From Isurus oxyrinchus (lineage: Eukaryota): a DNA stretch of 64,000 nt. The stretch spans positions 2,046,001 through 2,110,000 of the forward strand of contig JANJGN010000053.1 in assembly GCA_026770705.1 (NCBI GenBank), given 5' to 3'. Both the position numbers and the translations under genes were made by a program. The notes under the pieces are model-generated. The model was not told the origin of the DNA and ran no database searches. It worked only from the letters and a program-made list of their open reading frames with translations. Of this stretch, positions 1 through 13,940 are shown in pieces (positions within the stretch are counted from its first letter, which is position 1; every line of letters starts with the position of its first letter).

Positions 1-1654
1 CCTGAAAAAAGCTATCAGCCACCCAGGCAAGATGAAGAGCTGGCAGTTTGTTTTTCCCAGAGCTGATCATGCTGTACACGAGAGCGCTATTGATTGGTGA
101 GTGACAGTGCCTAAGGGAAAACTCCGCTATCAGGACTGTTGTGACCCGAGTGAAAGAGGCCACACAGAAGTAGGCCTTGCTGTTAATAATCATACCCTTG
201 GAGCTGGAGTGGATTCAAGTGGTTGTTGGAGGCCACTTGAGAATCGGAGCCTGCTTTAAGAACAGTGATTGAGCACTGCTGGAGCAAGATGGAGTTGTGA
301 GAGACATTAGGACTGAACACAATGCCAAATGTGTGCCGTGGGCTAGCTGAGAAATCCGAGAGACTATCAATGTTGTATCAGCTACTTCAACATAAATAAA
401 TACCTTCTACTGAATACAACTAGCAGTTAATTAAATACTTTCTGACTTTGGTTTGATTTTTTACAGTAAATGTTTTAAAAAGTGTTTTTTTGCCATTTGT
501 CTTCTTCCATCTGGGTCGTTTGGGAAGTTCGCTTCTTTTACGGAGTTGATCCTCAGTGTAGAGAAACACTGTGTATCGGGACTGGACCGCCATCATCCCG
601 GTAAATTTCAGTCGAATGTCATCATGGTGCTGAGAGCAGGGTCACTGGATTTCAGTCTGGAATATGGTAACGGAGTGTAGCTCCAAACTCCTCCCACTAC
701 CACCGCCCCTTATGCACTGATGCCTGAACTGGGCCTCATGTTGACTTCAGACAACAGGGCCTACTTATCGCCCGATTCCCTTTAATTGACCATTGCCCCT
801 GGCGCAGGATGGAACTGTACAGCTCAGGTCAGCCGTCAGCACCTTGCAGAGGCAGTCCAGTTACCGATATACATTCCGTAAAGGGAAAGTGGGATATTCT
901 TATATCTTCTTGAATTTGAACAGTCAAATAATATACATATTTCCTTTCAAACAACCTTCCTGTCATTAGGCCGTTACCATCTGATACACCGAGTAAATTT
1001 GATAACTCGCCACTAGGGCTCCATGTTACACTAAAAATAATTTTACAGTCGGTTCCCTCTGATTATGCAGAGATGAGAATCTCGGGAAGGGTATCCGATG
1101 CCAAACGTATTCAATATAATTTACAATCCATCACAGGACGCAATGAATTCAAATGAAACATTCAGCTGAAAATAAACTACCCAATGTAATTCAAAACGTT
1201 GGCCTTTGCCTCTTTATAAGCGGTCTGAAGTATCCGCTCAGGAACTGAACGGGAGGCGGTGGCTCCGAAAAGATTCGCTACCAGAGATGAATGAGGAGTA
1301 GCCTCGTATTCCTCAAAATAACTTCCGCCGACTGCTGGGCGGAGGACGCTGAAATACTTAGAATTATCACTGTAATGTAGAGAATGGGCAACGTTACATA
1401 TGAGATGATAGCCGCTGACACTAAGCAACACATGCTTTAGTTTTGTGGAGGCGTGAAATTAACCTCATTCTCCTTCCCTGTGAGGATCTGCTGAGCAGAA
1501 CCGCGGCTCACGGGGCCTGTGAAAGGCTAGGATTCCCGCCAATATTCAGCAATTTATTCTGGCAGTGAAATGACTCGGCAGTGAGACATTATTTCAATCA
1601 GCCACATAATCACACAGTGAAATATTCAAAAGATATTAGAAAACACTAACTTAC

Positions 1655-1724
1655 CAGGAATACCGAATCCTGCGAGAATTGGGTAGTAAATATCCCTTAC
1701 ATGTAGAACCGTTGGCCGGATCAT
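1655..1724 (-). CDS. Exon 1 of a GPR139/GPR142-like class A GPCR (short N-terminus subfamily); exon 2 presumably left of the window
   Basis: ATG at 1724 gives MIRPTVLHVRDIYYPILAGFGIP plus one base (G), then donor GTAAG (1654-1650). The YYPILAxxGxP start of TM1 and the phase-1 donor match the other exon-1 copies. Too short for the ORF track. Confidence 0.8.
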
Positions 1725-1792
1725 TTTTTTTTAGAAGGATGCGAGATTTCACTCAGTTTTCTGATTGTATATAAGAACCGTAATTGTTTCCC

Positions 1793-1800
1793 CCTTTATA
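1793..1800 (-). promoter_or_regulatory. Candidate TATA box of the GPCR gene
   Basis: Minus strand reads TATAAAGG about 70 bp upstream of the ATG at 1724. Confidence 0.45.
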
Positions 1801-4029
1801 GGCCAACCTGTTTCCGGGTGATGAAATCAGCTCACTTAATAATTTGTGTTAGTTATAGTCACTTAACAAACAAGCGGGTAATTGACCTCGTCAGAGACCC
1901 CTGTCCGCCAATGGGGAAATTTAACAGCTCAGCACCAGAAACTTCGGCAATTAAAACTAATGATCGGAAAGTATCCCCAGAGGCAATGTGTTCTGCGCAT
2001 GCCATTTTTGAATGTTGAATGGGACTTCCCTCCTGAAGAGTGTTGGTCTCTCGGAGCTTCATATCATTCTGGTGCGATCTTGACTCAGCCATTGCAGAAT
2101 GTAAACGTGTTATGGACTGTAATGTACAACTTAAACTAATTGTATTCTTTGTGGATACCTCGTGATGACTTGGCGCTATTATGACTGGCGATGATATTGC
2201 TCGAACGTTAGTAATACTGGACATCTCCGTGTATTTATGCTTTTGCGTCAGTCATCAGTCCTGGTCTTTACCAAAAAAAACAATAATAGTAGGAAAAATT
2301 AGACAATCATCCGTGCAGATTTTAACTTATCATTATTCATCAAAACTCCACTTAAATATTAAGATGCCCTGCTCCAATTATTTTTGTTCTCAAATACAAT
2401 CATAACATGCTGGGAATACTCAGGAGATCTTGCAGCATCAGCGGAGAGTGAATCTTATTTTGTTTTTCAGGCAATGGTCAGCATTGACTTTTCAGTTTCA
2501 GATTTCCAGCACGCAGCAACACTGAGGAAGCCCCTACACGAGCAATAATTGTTGTGTCCGTGCAGAAAATCATTCCAACATTTCCAGCTGTAACACTATA
2601 ATGTTACTGCGGAGGCCTGTACGTAAAGTAATTCGTGATAACATCCCGCAAAGATCGCTGGGGGTCATCCTGTGCCTCAAGGCAATGTTCCACATTGCCT
2701 GAGTTAATATTTTAATCAGCACTCTGGGCAAAATTGGGAAAGCCCCTATTATATGAATGCTCCAATCCTCTTTTTCCACATTAGGAGCATTTTAATGCTT
2801 TGGCGAAATATCATAGCACAAGTACACTTGGGCACAACCAAAAAAAAAATAAGGAAAATGAAAAGATACTTTTAGGTTGTAACTGCGCTTGGAGAATGAA
2901 AGTGTGTCATGACATATCACTGTACAAATTCTATTACGGCAGATAAATCTATTCATCGCTCAAACTTAATGCAGCAGGAACCATTTTATCCTTGAATAAG
3001 CACAGTTTATATTGACGTTTACACCTGATAACTAAACACAAAGCGGAGTCACAAAATGAAAAGTCAAGCAATGGAGAATATTACTGCTTCCAATTGGCGA
3101 TAGATCGATTATGCATCTCCCCAGTTGACAGCGAACAAAACAGTAATAAATCACCTAAGCACAGTTGCCTTATGAAGGACAATGGTCGCGTTCAAGAGAG
3201 GAAATAAATGTCGCTTTTACACTTGAATGCAGATGCAAGGGGAGATGCGCCAATCTGCCAATAGCAATCAATGTTATCGAAGATATAGCGGGCGGGAGCA
3301 CAAAACACACCTGTGTCTCAATCATGACGAATCACTTAAAATGTGGTAAATTTGTTGTAAAGCAGCCGTTTTTGGTATTTGACAGCACTTAAAACAAGGT
3401 CTCTGCTCTCTTTACCTCGCAACCAGGTGGAAAAACACCTTATGTTTAAGAAGCGAGTGGTCACCAGTGCTTTCATTTAAATGATATTTCTTCATTCTAC
3501 CTGCCATAAGTTAAAGCCATTGTGAGTGGCGAGTGTCATCCGAATTTAAATTGCGTTGGCAGAAGTTGTTACTGGATTTACAGCATCGGAGGTGACGCCT
3601 GTAACAATTTCTGCTTCAATATAATTTTCATTGTCAACCCTGCAGTGACGCATTGAGCTCGTAAACGGTGAACTCGTCTTGCACAATTATCGTTGCTCGC
3701 AAAACAGACCACAGAACGAAAGATGACTGGTATTTCACTCCTACCAGGGTTTGTTCCGTAAAACGACGAAGAAATGGGAGGGGGATGGGGGGAGGGAGAA
3801 TCTTCCGTTTCTCTGAAGCATACAGAAAACCATTGGCCGCAGCTGTCCTTACAGATATTTGTAATAGAGCCAGAGGATGCTGGAAATACTCGACTGGCCT
3901 AACAGCTTCTGTGAACAGAGACAGCAGAGTTAACGTTTTCATGTTATTTATACAATAGGGAATAATTTGCTTTATACCTCCACACAATTTAAGACATGAG
4001 CATAATTTCTCCACCCAGATCGTCTAACC

Positions 4030-4590
4030 AATCTCCTCTCAATCTTCTATTCTCGCAGAAGAACAGGTACCGCTTTGCACATTTATCCACATAACTGAAG
4101 TTTCCCATCCTTGAATCATTCTCGTAAATCTTTTTGAACTATTTCTAAAACCTTCGTTTAAGTTGAACCATAATTTTATGAAGGTTCATTACCTAGTTCC
4201 TTTCGTTCTCTATGCCCTGATTTCTAAAACTGAGTGTTCAGGACGAAGGACTGCTTTCTAAAACTGCCCAGCCACCTTCAATGATTTATGGACATGTACA
4301 CCCACGTCCCTCTGCTCCTGCATCCAATTAGAATTTGGACCATCATTTTATGTCACCCCTCCTCGTTCATCTGACCACATTGTATCGCTTCACACTTCTG
4401 TACATTCAATTTCACCTGCCTTGTCTCTTCCCATTTTTCCGACCTACCTATACCCTATTGAAGTATATTAGTATCCGCCTCACAGTTTGCAATACTTCCA
4501 GTCTTGCACTATCCTCAAATTTTGAAATTATGCCCTGCACACCCATGTCTAGGTTATTGATATATAGCTTAAAATGCAGTGGTCCCACTA
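4030..4590 (-). mobile_element. CR1 LINE ORF2 3' fragment
   Basis: Decayed similarity to the RT C-terminal region of the other CR1 copies in the window. Confidence 0.6.
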
Positions 4591-5089
4591 CATACCGGCA
4601 ACACCAACGCACTCTGCACCCTCACACCCTCTCTCCACGCCCCAGTCAGAAGTAAGGAATGTTTGCTATATGTCATGCTTTAATAGGCTTGAATTCAATT
4701 ATTAAGATGTGGCACAATTGAATTCCAGCTATGCTAAAGAGTAACAATTCAGAATGCCACATGGTTTGAAAAAAAAATGCTTCTTGGAACTAATAATGTT
4801 AACAACAAAGCATAGGTTTAATAATATTCGCGGAATCAAATGATTAATACAGGGGGAGAGAAGGTTAGAGTAGATTAAGGGATGTTATGACAAACTAATT
4901 TGCTTAGAGCTCCTGCACTTCCAAATTCCCCACTTCACCACTGAATTTCCATCAGTCATAGTGTTATTAATAACTACATCAAGTCGTGTTTATATTGCAC
5001 CTCTAAAATAATAGATGTGAGGTCTTGTGGACGCAGCCAGAAACCTTGGTTCCACGTGCCATTCCAGGACTTGATTACCAATAATTAAA

Positions 5090-5860
5090 TTTATTCAATT
5101 ATGGGATGTGGGCTTGGCTGTGTAGGCCAACATTGATTGCCCATCCTTAATTGCCCTTGTGGTGGTGAGCTGCCTTATTGAACTGTCGCAGTCTTTGTGA
5201 CGTAGGTACACTAACTGTACTTTGAGGAAGAGAGTGCCAGGAGTTTCATCCAGTGACAGCGAAGGAACGGTGTTATATGTCTAAGTCAGGATGGTGAGTG
5301 ACTTGGAGGGAAACGTTCAGCAGGTGGTGTTCTCATGTTGCCGCTGCACTTGTCCTCCTAGATGGTCGTGGTCATTTGTTTGAAAGGAGCTGGCTAAGGA
5401 GCCTTGGCGAATTCCTGCAGTGCATCTTGTAGATGGTACGCACTGCAGCTACTGTGCGTAAATGGTGGAGGCCGTGATTGTTTGTGGATGGCGTTAAAAA
5501 CAAGCAGAGTGTTTTGTCTTGGATAGTGTCAAGCTTTTTGATTGTTGTGGGAACTGCACGCATCCAGGATAGCGGAGGGTATGCCATCAAGCCCCTGGCT
5601 CATGCCTTGTAGATGATGGTGGTGCTTTGAGGGATGAGAAGGTGCATTATGTGTCGCATGATTCCTAGCCCCTGTACCTGCTATTTTATTCACTTTAATT
5701 ATATGGCAAAACCAGTTCAGTTTCTGTTCAATAGTAATCTCCAGGATGTTGAGAGAGGAGAACTCATTACCATATTGCCATTAAATTCCAAGAGCAATGA
5801 TTAGATTCTCACTGGCTGGAGATGCTCATTGCCTGCGCTTGATTGGCACGAATTTTACTC
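5090..5860 (-). mobile_element. LINE 3' fragment (same family as 24570-27800)
   Basis: ORF 5372-5590 reads SWMRAVPTTIKKLDTIQDK...LHHLRTVAAVRTIYKMHC; family 3' tail near 5100-5170. Confidence 0.8.
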
Positions 5861-6184
5861 TGCTGATTATCTTTGCCATGACATTGCCCGAGTGATATGC
5901 CTGAGAAAAAGTGATATGGGAATGGATTGGCTTCTCAGCCACGCCAATTATGTGTCACTTACAAGAAGCACAGGAATGAAGTAAACATTGCACCGTTCAG
6001 CATTTTGTTTCATTCCCGACGTGTCTCAGTCTAAAATTTATAACTCATTGGGAGTCCATTGTGCAGCATTTCCAAAATAATGTGGAAGCAGTACATGTTC
6101 TTTGATCTAGCCAGCAGCTGACTGAATGCCTGCTAAGAAATTTGACATGCACTCGGTCGTTTTGCACTGAAGCACCCATCATAA

Positions 6185-8095
6185 GTTTAACAGGTAGGAG
6201 CAGAAGTCGACGATTCGGCCTATTGAGTCCGCTTCAACAATCCGTGAGATCATAGCTGACCTGATAGCCCTCAATTCCACTTTCGCCTTTTCCCATGTGC
6301 CTTTTCCCCGTGACGCTTGATTCCCTTATTGGCTAAAAATCTGTCTGTTATAGCCGTGAACGTACTCACTGATCCATCCTCTACAGAACTAGGTGATGAA
6401 GGAATTAACAGATTCTCTTCTCTGCTAAGAGTAGAAAGCCCTCCTCATGCCTGTCTTAAAAGGGCGACCACTTACTCTGAAATTATGCCCTCTGGTCCGA
6501 GACGGGCTGAAAGGGGAAACCAACCTTTTAGTCTCTACTCTGACATGCCGCCTCAGAATCTTACATGCTTCAAAAAGGCCGCCTCTCAATCTTCTAAACT
6601 GCAATAAATACAGGCCCAGACTGTCCCACCTCTCCTCATAAGAAAATCCCTCCTTACCCGGCATCAACCTAGTGAATCTTCTCTGGTCTGTGACCAATGT
6701 AATGCACCTTTCATTAGAAAAGAGGACGAAAACTGTTCACTTTTTTCTAGGTGTGGTTTAACTATGTTCTTGTATATCTTTGGTAATACTTCTCTATTTT
6801 TATAATCCATTCGCTTTGAAATAAAGGCCAGCGTTCTGTTTCCCTTCCATAATACCTGCTTCCTGCAGCCCTTGTTTATTAAATAATATCCAGCTTCCCG
6901 ATACGCCCAGCCAAGGTGGATAAGCTCACATTTTCCAGCATTATATTCCATCTGCCAAGATTTTACCTACTAACTTGATCTGCCTTTATCCCTCTGCAGG
7001 CTCTTTGTGTCATCATCCCAACTTGCCTTCGTACCTATTTTTCTGTCAGGCACAAAGTTGACGCTGGTACAATCACTTTCCTTATCCAAGTAATTAATAT
7101 ATTTTGTAAATAATTGTGGCGCCAGAACCAATCCCTGTGGCTAGTTAGAGGCTGCCACCCTAAAAATATGCACCTGTCTCAAACCTTTGTCTTCTATTGG
7201 TTAGCCAATTCTTTATCCATGCTACAGTGCTACCCCCAACACCACGGCTTCTTATTGAGTAGCATTATGTGTGGTACGTTATTGATGGCCTTTTTTTTTT
7301 TGCAATCCTGGCATCGTACATCTGCTGATTTCCTTTATCTACCCTGCTTCTTACCTCCTCAATTATTTCTTATAAATTTGTCTGGCCTGATTTCCCTTTC
7401 ATGAAGCCATGCTGAATGTGCTTGATTATATTATGCATTTCTAAATACTCTGCTATTACATCCTTTGTAACAGACTCTAACATTTTTCCAATAACAGGTG
7501 TTAAGCTAACTGGCCAAATCTCACTTGCTTATGTCTCCCTCCCTTTTAAAATAGGGTGTTGAATTGGTAGTTTTCCAATCCTCTTCGAATTTTCCAGGTT
7601 CTAGGGATTTCTGAAATATTACTACTAGCGCATCCACTCGGCCTTTAATCCCACTGGTTTCCATAGTCCTTTTTCTCTCGTGATAGATATTGTATCTATT
7701 TCTGAATCCACAACCCCACCACCCTTTTTTCCCCTTGATTATTTCTTATTTTTTGAATGATATTAATGTCTTCTTCTGTAAAGACTGATGCGAAGTATTT
7801 ATTCAACTCCTCTGCTGTTTCCTTTTTTCCCGTTATTATTTCCCCAGCCTCGTTCTCTAAGGGGCCTATGTTCACTTTGACTTCTCTATTCCTCCATATA
7901 TGTTTAAATAAGCTCTAGCGATCCGTTTTGACATTACTTGCTGGTCTATGCTCCAATTTTATTTTCTCTCTTTTGTTATTTTTTGGTCAGCTTTGTTTTT
8001 TAAAGCATCTCCATGCCTCTGCTTTCCCACTAATCTTTGCCACATTGTATATATTTTTCTTTCAATTTGATACGATCCACAACTTCCTTGTTTAA
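6185..8095 (-). mobile_element. 5'-truncated CR1 LINE (RT region and 3' tail)
   Basis: ORF pieces MEYNAGKCELIHLG, YKNIVKPHLE, QRRFTRLMPG...YEER...RRLRGGL...RTRGH are CR1 ORF2 C-terminal motifs. Confidence 0.85.
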
Positions 8096-8097
8096 CC

Positions 8098-11000
8098 GTC
8101 GAGCCTGCTCCGTCATTCAATATGATTATGGCTGATCGAACAGTCCAATGCGCTTTACTCAAACTATCCCCACAACCATTTACGTTATTGCAAATCCGAA
8201 ATCTTTCAAACTCCTCCTTAAACATTCTCAATGACTGAGCATCGATGGCCCTCTGGGCCAGATAATTCCAAGAATTTACAATGCTCTGAGAAAATACATT
8301 TCTCCCATCTGGGCCTTAAGTGGCTTCCCTCTTATTTGGAATTGTGTCCCCTGGTTCTAGACTCGAAAGCCAGGGGAAACATCCGAACTACATCGACCCT
8401 GTATATTCCTTTCAGCATTTTGCAGGGTTCATTGAGATCACCTCTCATTCTTCGAAACTCTAGTGGATGCAGGGCCAGTTTCCCCAATCTCTCTTCATAT
8501 GATGATCCCGCCAGCCCCGGAAGATGTTTGGATAATTTCGTTGCACCCTCTGTGGCAATGCCATCCTTTCTGTATAAGGTGACCAAAACTGCCCACAGTA
8601 CCGCAGGGGCAGTCATGCAAAGCTTCAATACATTTGAAGCAATTGTTCACTCCTTCTTTACTCAAACCCTCTGCTGATAAAGGATGACATTCTACTCGCC
8701 TTCTTAATTGTTTGCTGCACCTGTATGTTAGCTTTCAGGGACTTTTGGACAAGAACACGCAGGTACATCTACACTTTCATTCTCTTATCGTTTACGAAAT
8801 AATCTGCACATCTGTTCCTCGTACCAAAATGCATAACCTCAAATGTTTCCGCATTATATTCCATCATCCATGTTCTTGCCTGCAAACTAAGTTTATCCAA
8901 ATCTTTCAGCAGCCGCTTTACATTGTCCTCATGGCACACATTAACCCCTAACTTTGCATCATCCATGAAGTTGGAAATATTACATTTGGCCCCCACATCC
9001 ACATTATTGATATATATTGTGAACAGCTGGGGCCCAAATACCGATCCTTGCAGCATTGAACTAGTCAAAGCCTGCCAATGCGAGATGACCTGTTTATACT
9101 TCCTTCATGTTTTCTGCCTGTTAGTAACCGCTTAGAACATGCCAGTATATTCCCCTCATCCATTGTACTTTAAATTCGCTAACCAACCTCCTGAGGGAGT
9201 CTTTATCAAAAGCCTTCTGAAAGTTGCCCATCGACCCTTCATCAATTGTGTTACTAACATCCTCAAAAAACGCCACCAAGCTCGTCAAATGTAATTCCAC
9301 TTTCGGAAATCCATGCTGACTATCCCCAGTCAGATCATCATTAACCAAGCATCCATTTATCACATCATTCAGAATAGATTCGAACATTTTCACCACTATG
9401 GAGGTAGGGGTTAAAGGCCGGTAGTCCCCTATTTTCTCTCTAACACCCTTCATAAATAGTTAGGTGGCATTTTCTACCTTCCAATATTCCAGAACCATTC
9501 CAGAATCTGTATAATTTTCGAAAATGATCACCAATATATCCATTACCTCTATAGCAACCTTGTTCAACACTTTAGATGCAGAATATCAGGTGCCAGTGAC
9601 TTATCAAATTTCAGTCCCATTAATTTCTTCAATACAACCTTCTACCTTATACTAATATCCTTCAGATCCTCATTCTCCTTCGTCCCTTGGATCTCTAATC
9701 CTGGAAGAATTCCTGCATCCTCCTCAGTGAAAATATACACAAAGCAAATATTTAAATTATTTGCCATTTCTTTATTCCTCATTATGAACCAACCTCGTTC
9801 CTCCCAGAATAGACAAATATTAATCTTAGCCAAATTATTCCTTTCCACATTCCAAACTGAAGATTCTATAGACAATGTTTATGCTTTCTTTTTGCGAAAT
9901 TGCATGCATGTTCTATTTTCCATTACTTCACAAGTATGTTGATCCTCCTTTGCTTTATTCTAAAAACCTCTCTGTCCTCAGGTTCACTACTACTTATGGC
10001 AACTTAATTAGCCTTTTCTTTTAAACATATACAATCCTTAGCTTCCATTGCCAGTCATGGCTGAATGACTTTTTGGGTTCTTGCATCTTGAAGGAATGCA
10101 TATATGCTGTAAGCTATGTAGTAGTTCTTTGAAGACTGTCAATTGTCTATCTTCAGTCGTACGTTTTAATGCATTTTCCCAATCCACCGCAGCCAATTGA
10201 ACCTCATGCCTTCCTAATGTCCTTTATTTAACATTAACATCCTTGTTTCAGAGTGAACTACCTCATTTTCAAACACAATGTAAAGTTCTACCATCTCGTG
10301 ATCACTCGCACCTAAAAGTTCCTTAACACAAATATTATCAATTAGCTAATTCTCATCACATAATACTAAATGTAAAATAACCCGTCCTCTATTCCGCTAC
10401 TTCACATGCTACTCTATAAAACCATCCCTGACACACTCCAGAAATTCACCTTTCAAAACATTCATACTCAGTTGGTTGACCCAATCTATATGCAGATTGA
10501 TGTCAGTGAGGATTACTGTATTGTACTACATGCATCTGTCATCTCCTGATTAATACCATGCCCCACAATGCCACGATTGTTTGGTGGCGGGTAAACTGCT
10601 CCAACCAAAGTCTGCTGCTCTTTGCTGTTTCTTCACTCCACCCAACCAATTCTACACGTTGTTCTTCCGATATGAGATCCTGCCTTATTAATGGCCTGAC
10701 CCCATCCCTTATTATGACTGCACCTCCCACTGCATTTACTTTTTGTCTGTCCTTCCTAAATGCTGAATATCCTTGAATATTCAACTCCGAGTCTTGCTCA
10801 CTCTGCAACCATGTTTCTGTTTTGGCAATTATATCATACCCATTTAGCTCTATTGGTGTCTTTAGATCATCGACATATGTGAATGCTGTGGCCCTTCATT
10901 TCGAATGCCCTTAACTTTTTATGTTGACATAATTCGGGATTCGAAGCATACTAATTCTCAAAGCAATGCTGTTTCTCCTGCCTTCTGGTCTCACTACCAC

Positions 11001-12300
11001 TTCCGGTTAGGAAATTTACTTTCTTCCAATTTGGGCCACTCATTAGGTTCCCACCCCCTGACGAGCGAGTTTAAACTCACCGCAACAGTAATAGCATATC
11101 TCCCTTCAAGTATAACAGTCTCAGCCCTGTTAAGATGTAACCGGTCCAGCTTTTACAGGAACCACCTGCCCCAGAGCTGGTCCCAATGCCTCTGAAAACA
11201 GATGGTCTCCCTCCTAAAACAGTTCTCCAGCCACGAATTTAACTGATGTACACTACTTTCCCTATGCTAACTAGCACCGGGCTTTGGGAGTAATCCTGAG
11301 ATAACTGCTTTTGAAGCCCTGCCTTTTAATTCCCTTCTTAACTCTCTGAAATCAGCTTCCAGGAACTCATGCCTGTTCCATCCAATGTCGTTGCTGCCAA
11401 TGTGGAGCACAGATTCTGGTTGATCCCTCCGCCGGAAGGGTGTCCTGTAGCTGCTCCACGGCATCCTTGACCTTGACATCAGGGAGACAGCACACCTTCC
11501 TTGAAGCACGTTTACTGCCGTAGAAATACTTGCTCGATGCCTTGACTATGGAATTTACTATCACTATCGCCTTTCCATTCTTCTTCCTCTGCACCCACCT
11601 CTCCCCACCGTGCAGCTGAGCCGCCCAGAGTGCCACCATCTTGGCTCTGGCTGCGCCCTCCTGAGCCCTCATTAGCACCCAAAATAGAAAACCGATAGCA
11701 AGCAGGATATAGTCAGGGGTCTCCTTCACTACCTGCCTGGATCTCTTAGAATGACTGGCAGTCAGCCATTCCATCTCTGGCTGCACACTTCTGACCTGTG
11801 GTTTGTCCAACTCTCTAAATGTGTTATCCACTTAGTCCTCTGCCTGGAGATAATTCCTTCAGGTATGTTTGTCGTTAACACTTGGTGCGTCCATGACTTC
11901 CAATATAGCGCAGGATGTACCCTTCAGTTCTCTGAGCTGACCTGCCATCCCGTAACTCTAAAATCTATTACACTCGGAAAAAATAATGAGTAGAATAAAT
12001 TACTCGTAACTTACCTCCAATGCACTACAGCTACCTTTCTCTTACTTTGGTTTGCGTTCTTATTATTTTCACTTTGACTTGACTTCACTTTACTCCCCCA
12101 ATTCTAATGTTCCTTAATGAAATCTAAGAAGCTACATATTTATAAATCGTAGATTTTTCTGGTGAATTTTAAGCTATTTAAAAACAGGCCCTAAAAGCCG
12201 CTTCTCACCAGACAATGAGTTTACAGTTTTCCTCTGATTCCTCTACTTGATTTTTCCTTTGACTCAGCGCCTTGCCCGAGTAGAGCTGTGCTTCTCAAGT
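8098..12300 (-). mobile_element. Near full-length decayed CR1 LINE with ORF1 (zinc finger plus SGNH esterase) and ORF2 (EN plus RT)
   Basis: ORF1 starts MAGQL at 11948, with VCCLPDVKV...HIGSNDIG...VISGLLP. EN: LNIQGYSAFRKDR. RT: YRPLTPTSIVVKMFES, SQHGF, FQKAFDK, QGSVFGPQLFTIYINN, FMDDAKLG. 3' tail near 8100. Confidence 0.9.
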
Positions 12301-13022
12301 CCGGGTATCTCCGCCCCCTGAAGGTGAATGTGAACCGCTTTTACCCACCTTACTTCTAATTCACAGTGCAGGTCCAATTCCAAGCTTGAAATGCATCAAC
12401 CCTAGGGCAACATTGCAACACTAATTTTGCTTCAATGTTTGAAGTGATTTCATGCCTTAAATTTAGCATTCCTTCTCAAGTCAAGTTCGGATGAGCAACA
12501 TTCCTAGTTGGGGAAATTGATAAAGAGAGATTACAAAAGATATAAGCCTGTTGATGGAAACAAATGTTGCAGCTTGAGGTTTGCTTTCCGCAGAGTATTT
12601 TCAACACTGAGAGGAAGCAGAACGTTGATGTTGCTGAGCAGCATTGTGAAAAAAAATCGGAAATGTTCTTATAGCTCACTGGTAATCTGAAACTTTGAAT
12701 TTACGAGTACAATAATTCTAACTTCCCAGCTGTCAGCAAAGACTGAGTGTCGACGGTCCTTGGGTCGGTCTTCGGTACCAGTCGGGAAATACAGAATCCA
12801 AGTGACCCTCCCCCTGCTACCTTGATACTGTCTCAAAGAAGCATACTGGAATGATATTTGAGTGTATATTGATTTAATACTTTGCAAAAGTGTCTGCATG
12901 CAAGATAAGAAAGAATCAAGCCACATAATTCTCACTCGAAATACATCTTAGCATTTCCTGTACATACTGTGATATGTATCTGACTGTCGCTGTTAATGAT
13001 CTAATTTGCCTCTTTCTTGCAG

Positions 13023-13940
13023 AGAATCTACTGACAATCATGACTCTTGAAAGAAGAAACTCCGCCCTTTCCAACTGTATCACTGTCTATATTGTGTTTG
13101 GCAACAGCAGATCTACTGGCAATATTTTTTAAATAGAATATCAAATTTTCAGCAATATCTTTGCACATTCATTCCTCTCCAGCACTGTCATTGTTATGAC
13201 ACTGTCAAACTTAAAATTCAACAGGCAGTCCATCATTTTTCGCTGAAGAACCCATCATAAACTGGCACTGAATGTGACTGCCTAATTCGCAATTCAGTTC
13301 CAATTCTAAGCTTCAGTTGTAACTGTCACTGCCCATGATATGTTGACCAAATTTTAAAACATAGCATTTCACTGTGACAACTGCTACAGTGGTCTCTGTG
13401 CTGATCGATTCAGAGAATGTGCCATTTGGTTTGCCGAGAAACACAAATGTTCATTTATTAGCTACTGAACAAACTGAAAAAAACAGAGATCAACAAAATG
13501 ATCATTAAAGATATTCATTGGGGTTCCCGCCCTGGCGTGGATTTTTTTCATCGCCTTCTGCGATAGCGGACTCTGTGCTCAGATGTATTTTATCTTCATT
13601 ACTTAATTTTCTTTTTATATTCTTATTTAAATGTTTGACAATCAAACGCATTTTAACACTTACCAGAGCCCCCAGGGGAGTCCGGGTTCACAACGGTAAG
13701 AATCGGAATGACCCAGAGGTGGAAAATCGAATAAAACCCATTGTCTGCTTATCCACTATATCCAGCAGTTGTATGACCTTGTGGGTGACAGCTGCTGTCA
13801 GCTCTCTAACTAAGAACTGAGCAGTTCATTACCGACCCGATGTTACATCCCTGGCATACATCGCCTCTCAAACAGGTTATATGTTGATTTATCTGAGTTC
13901 CAATGCAAAACATTGTCGTTATAAAGTGACACAAGCTGTC
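13023..13940 (+). pseudogene. Heavily decayed GPR139-like GPCR exon 2
   Basis: Acceptor tctttcttgcAG at 13021-13022, then NLLTIMTLERRNSALSNCITVYIV / LATADLLAIF, IHWGSRPGVDFFSSP, and ORF 13518-13820 CLTIKRIL...NDPEVENRIKPIV...LWVTAAVS (TM5-ICL3-TM6), then TGYMLIYLSS (TM7). Many frameshifts, stops and insertions. Confidence 0.8.

Noticed and set aside
1-440. Possible LTR end with AATAAA
   Set aside because: No terminal TG/CA pair, primer binding site or partner LTR identifiable.
1177-1431. 84-aa minus-strand ORF that looks protein-like
   Set aside because: No recognisable motif; lies within the presumed receptor intron and does not continue TM1.
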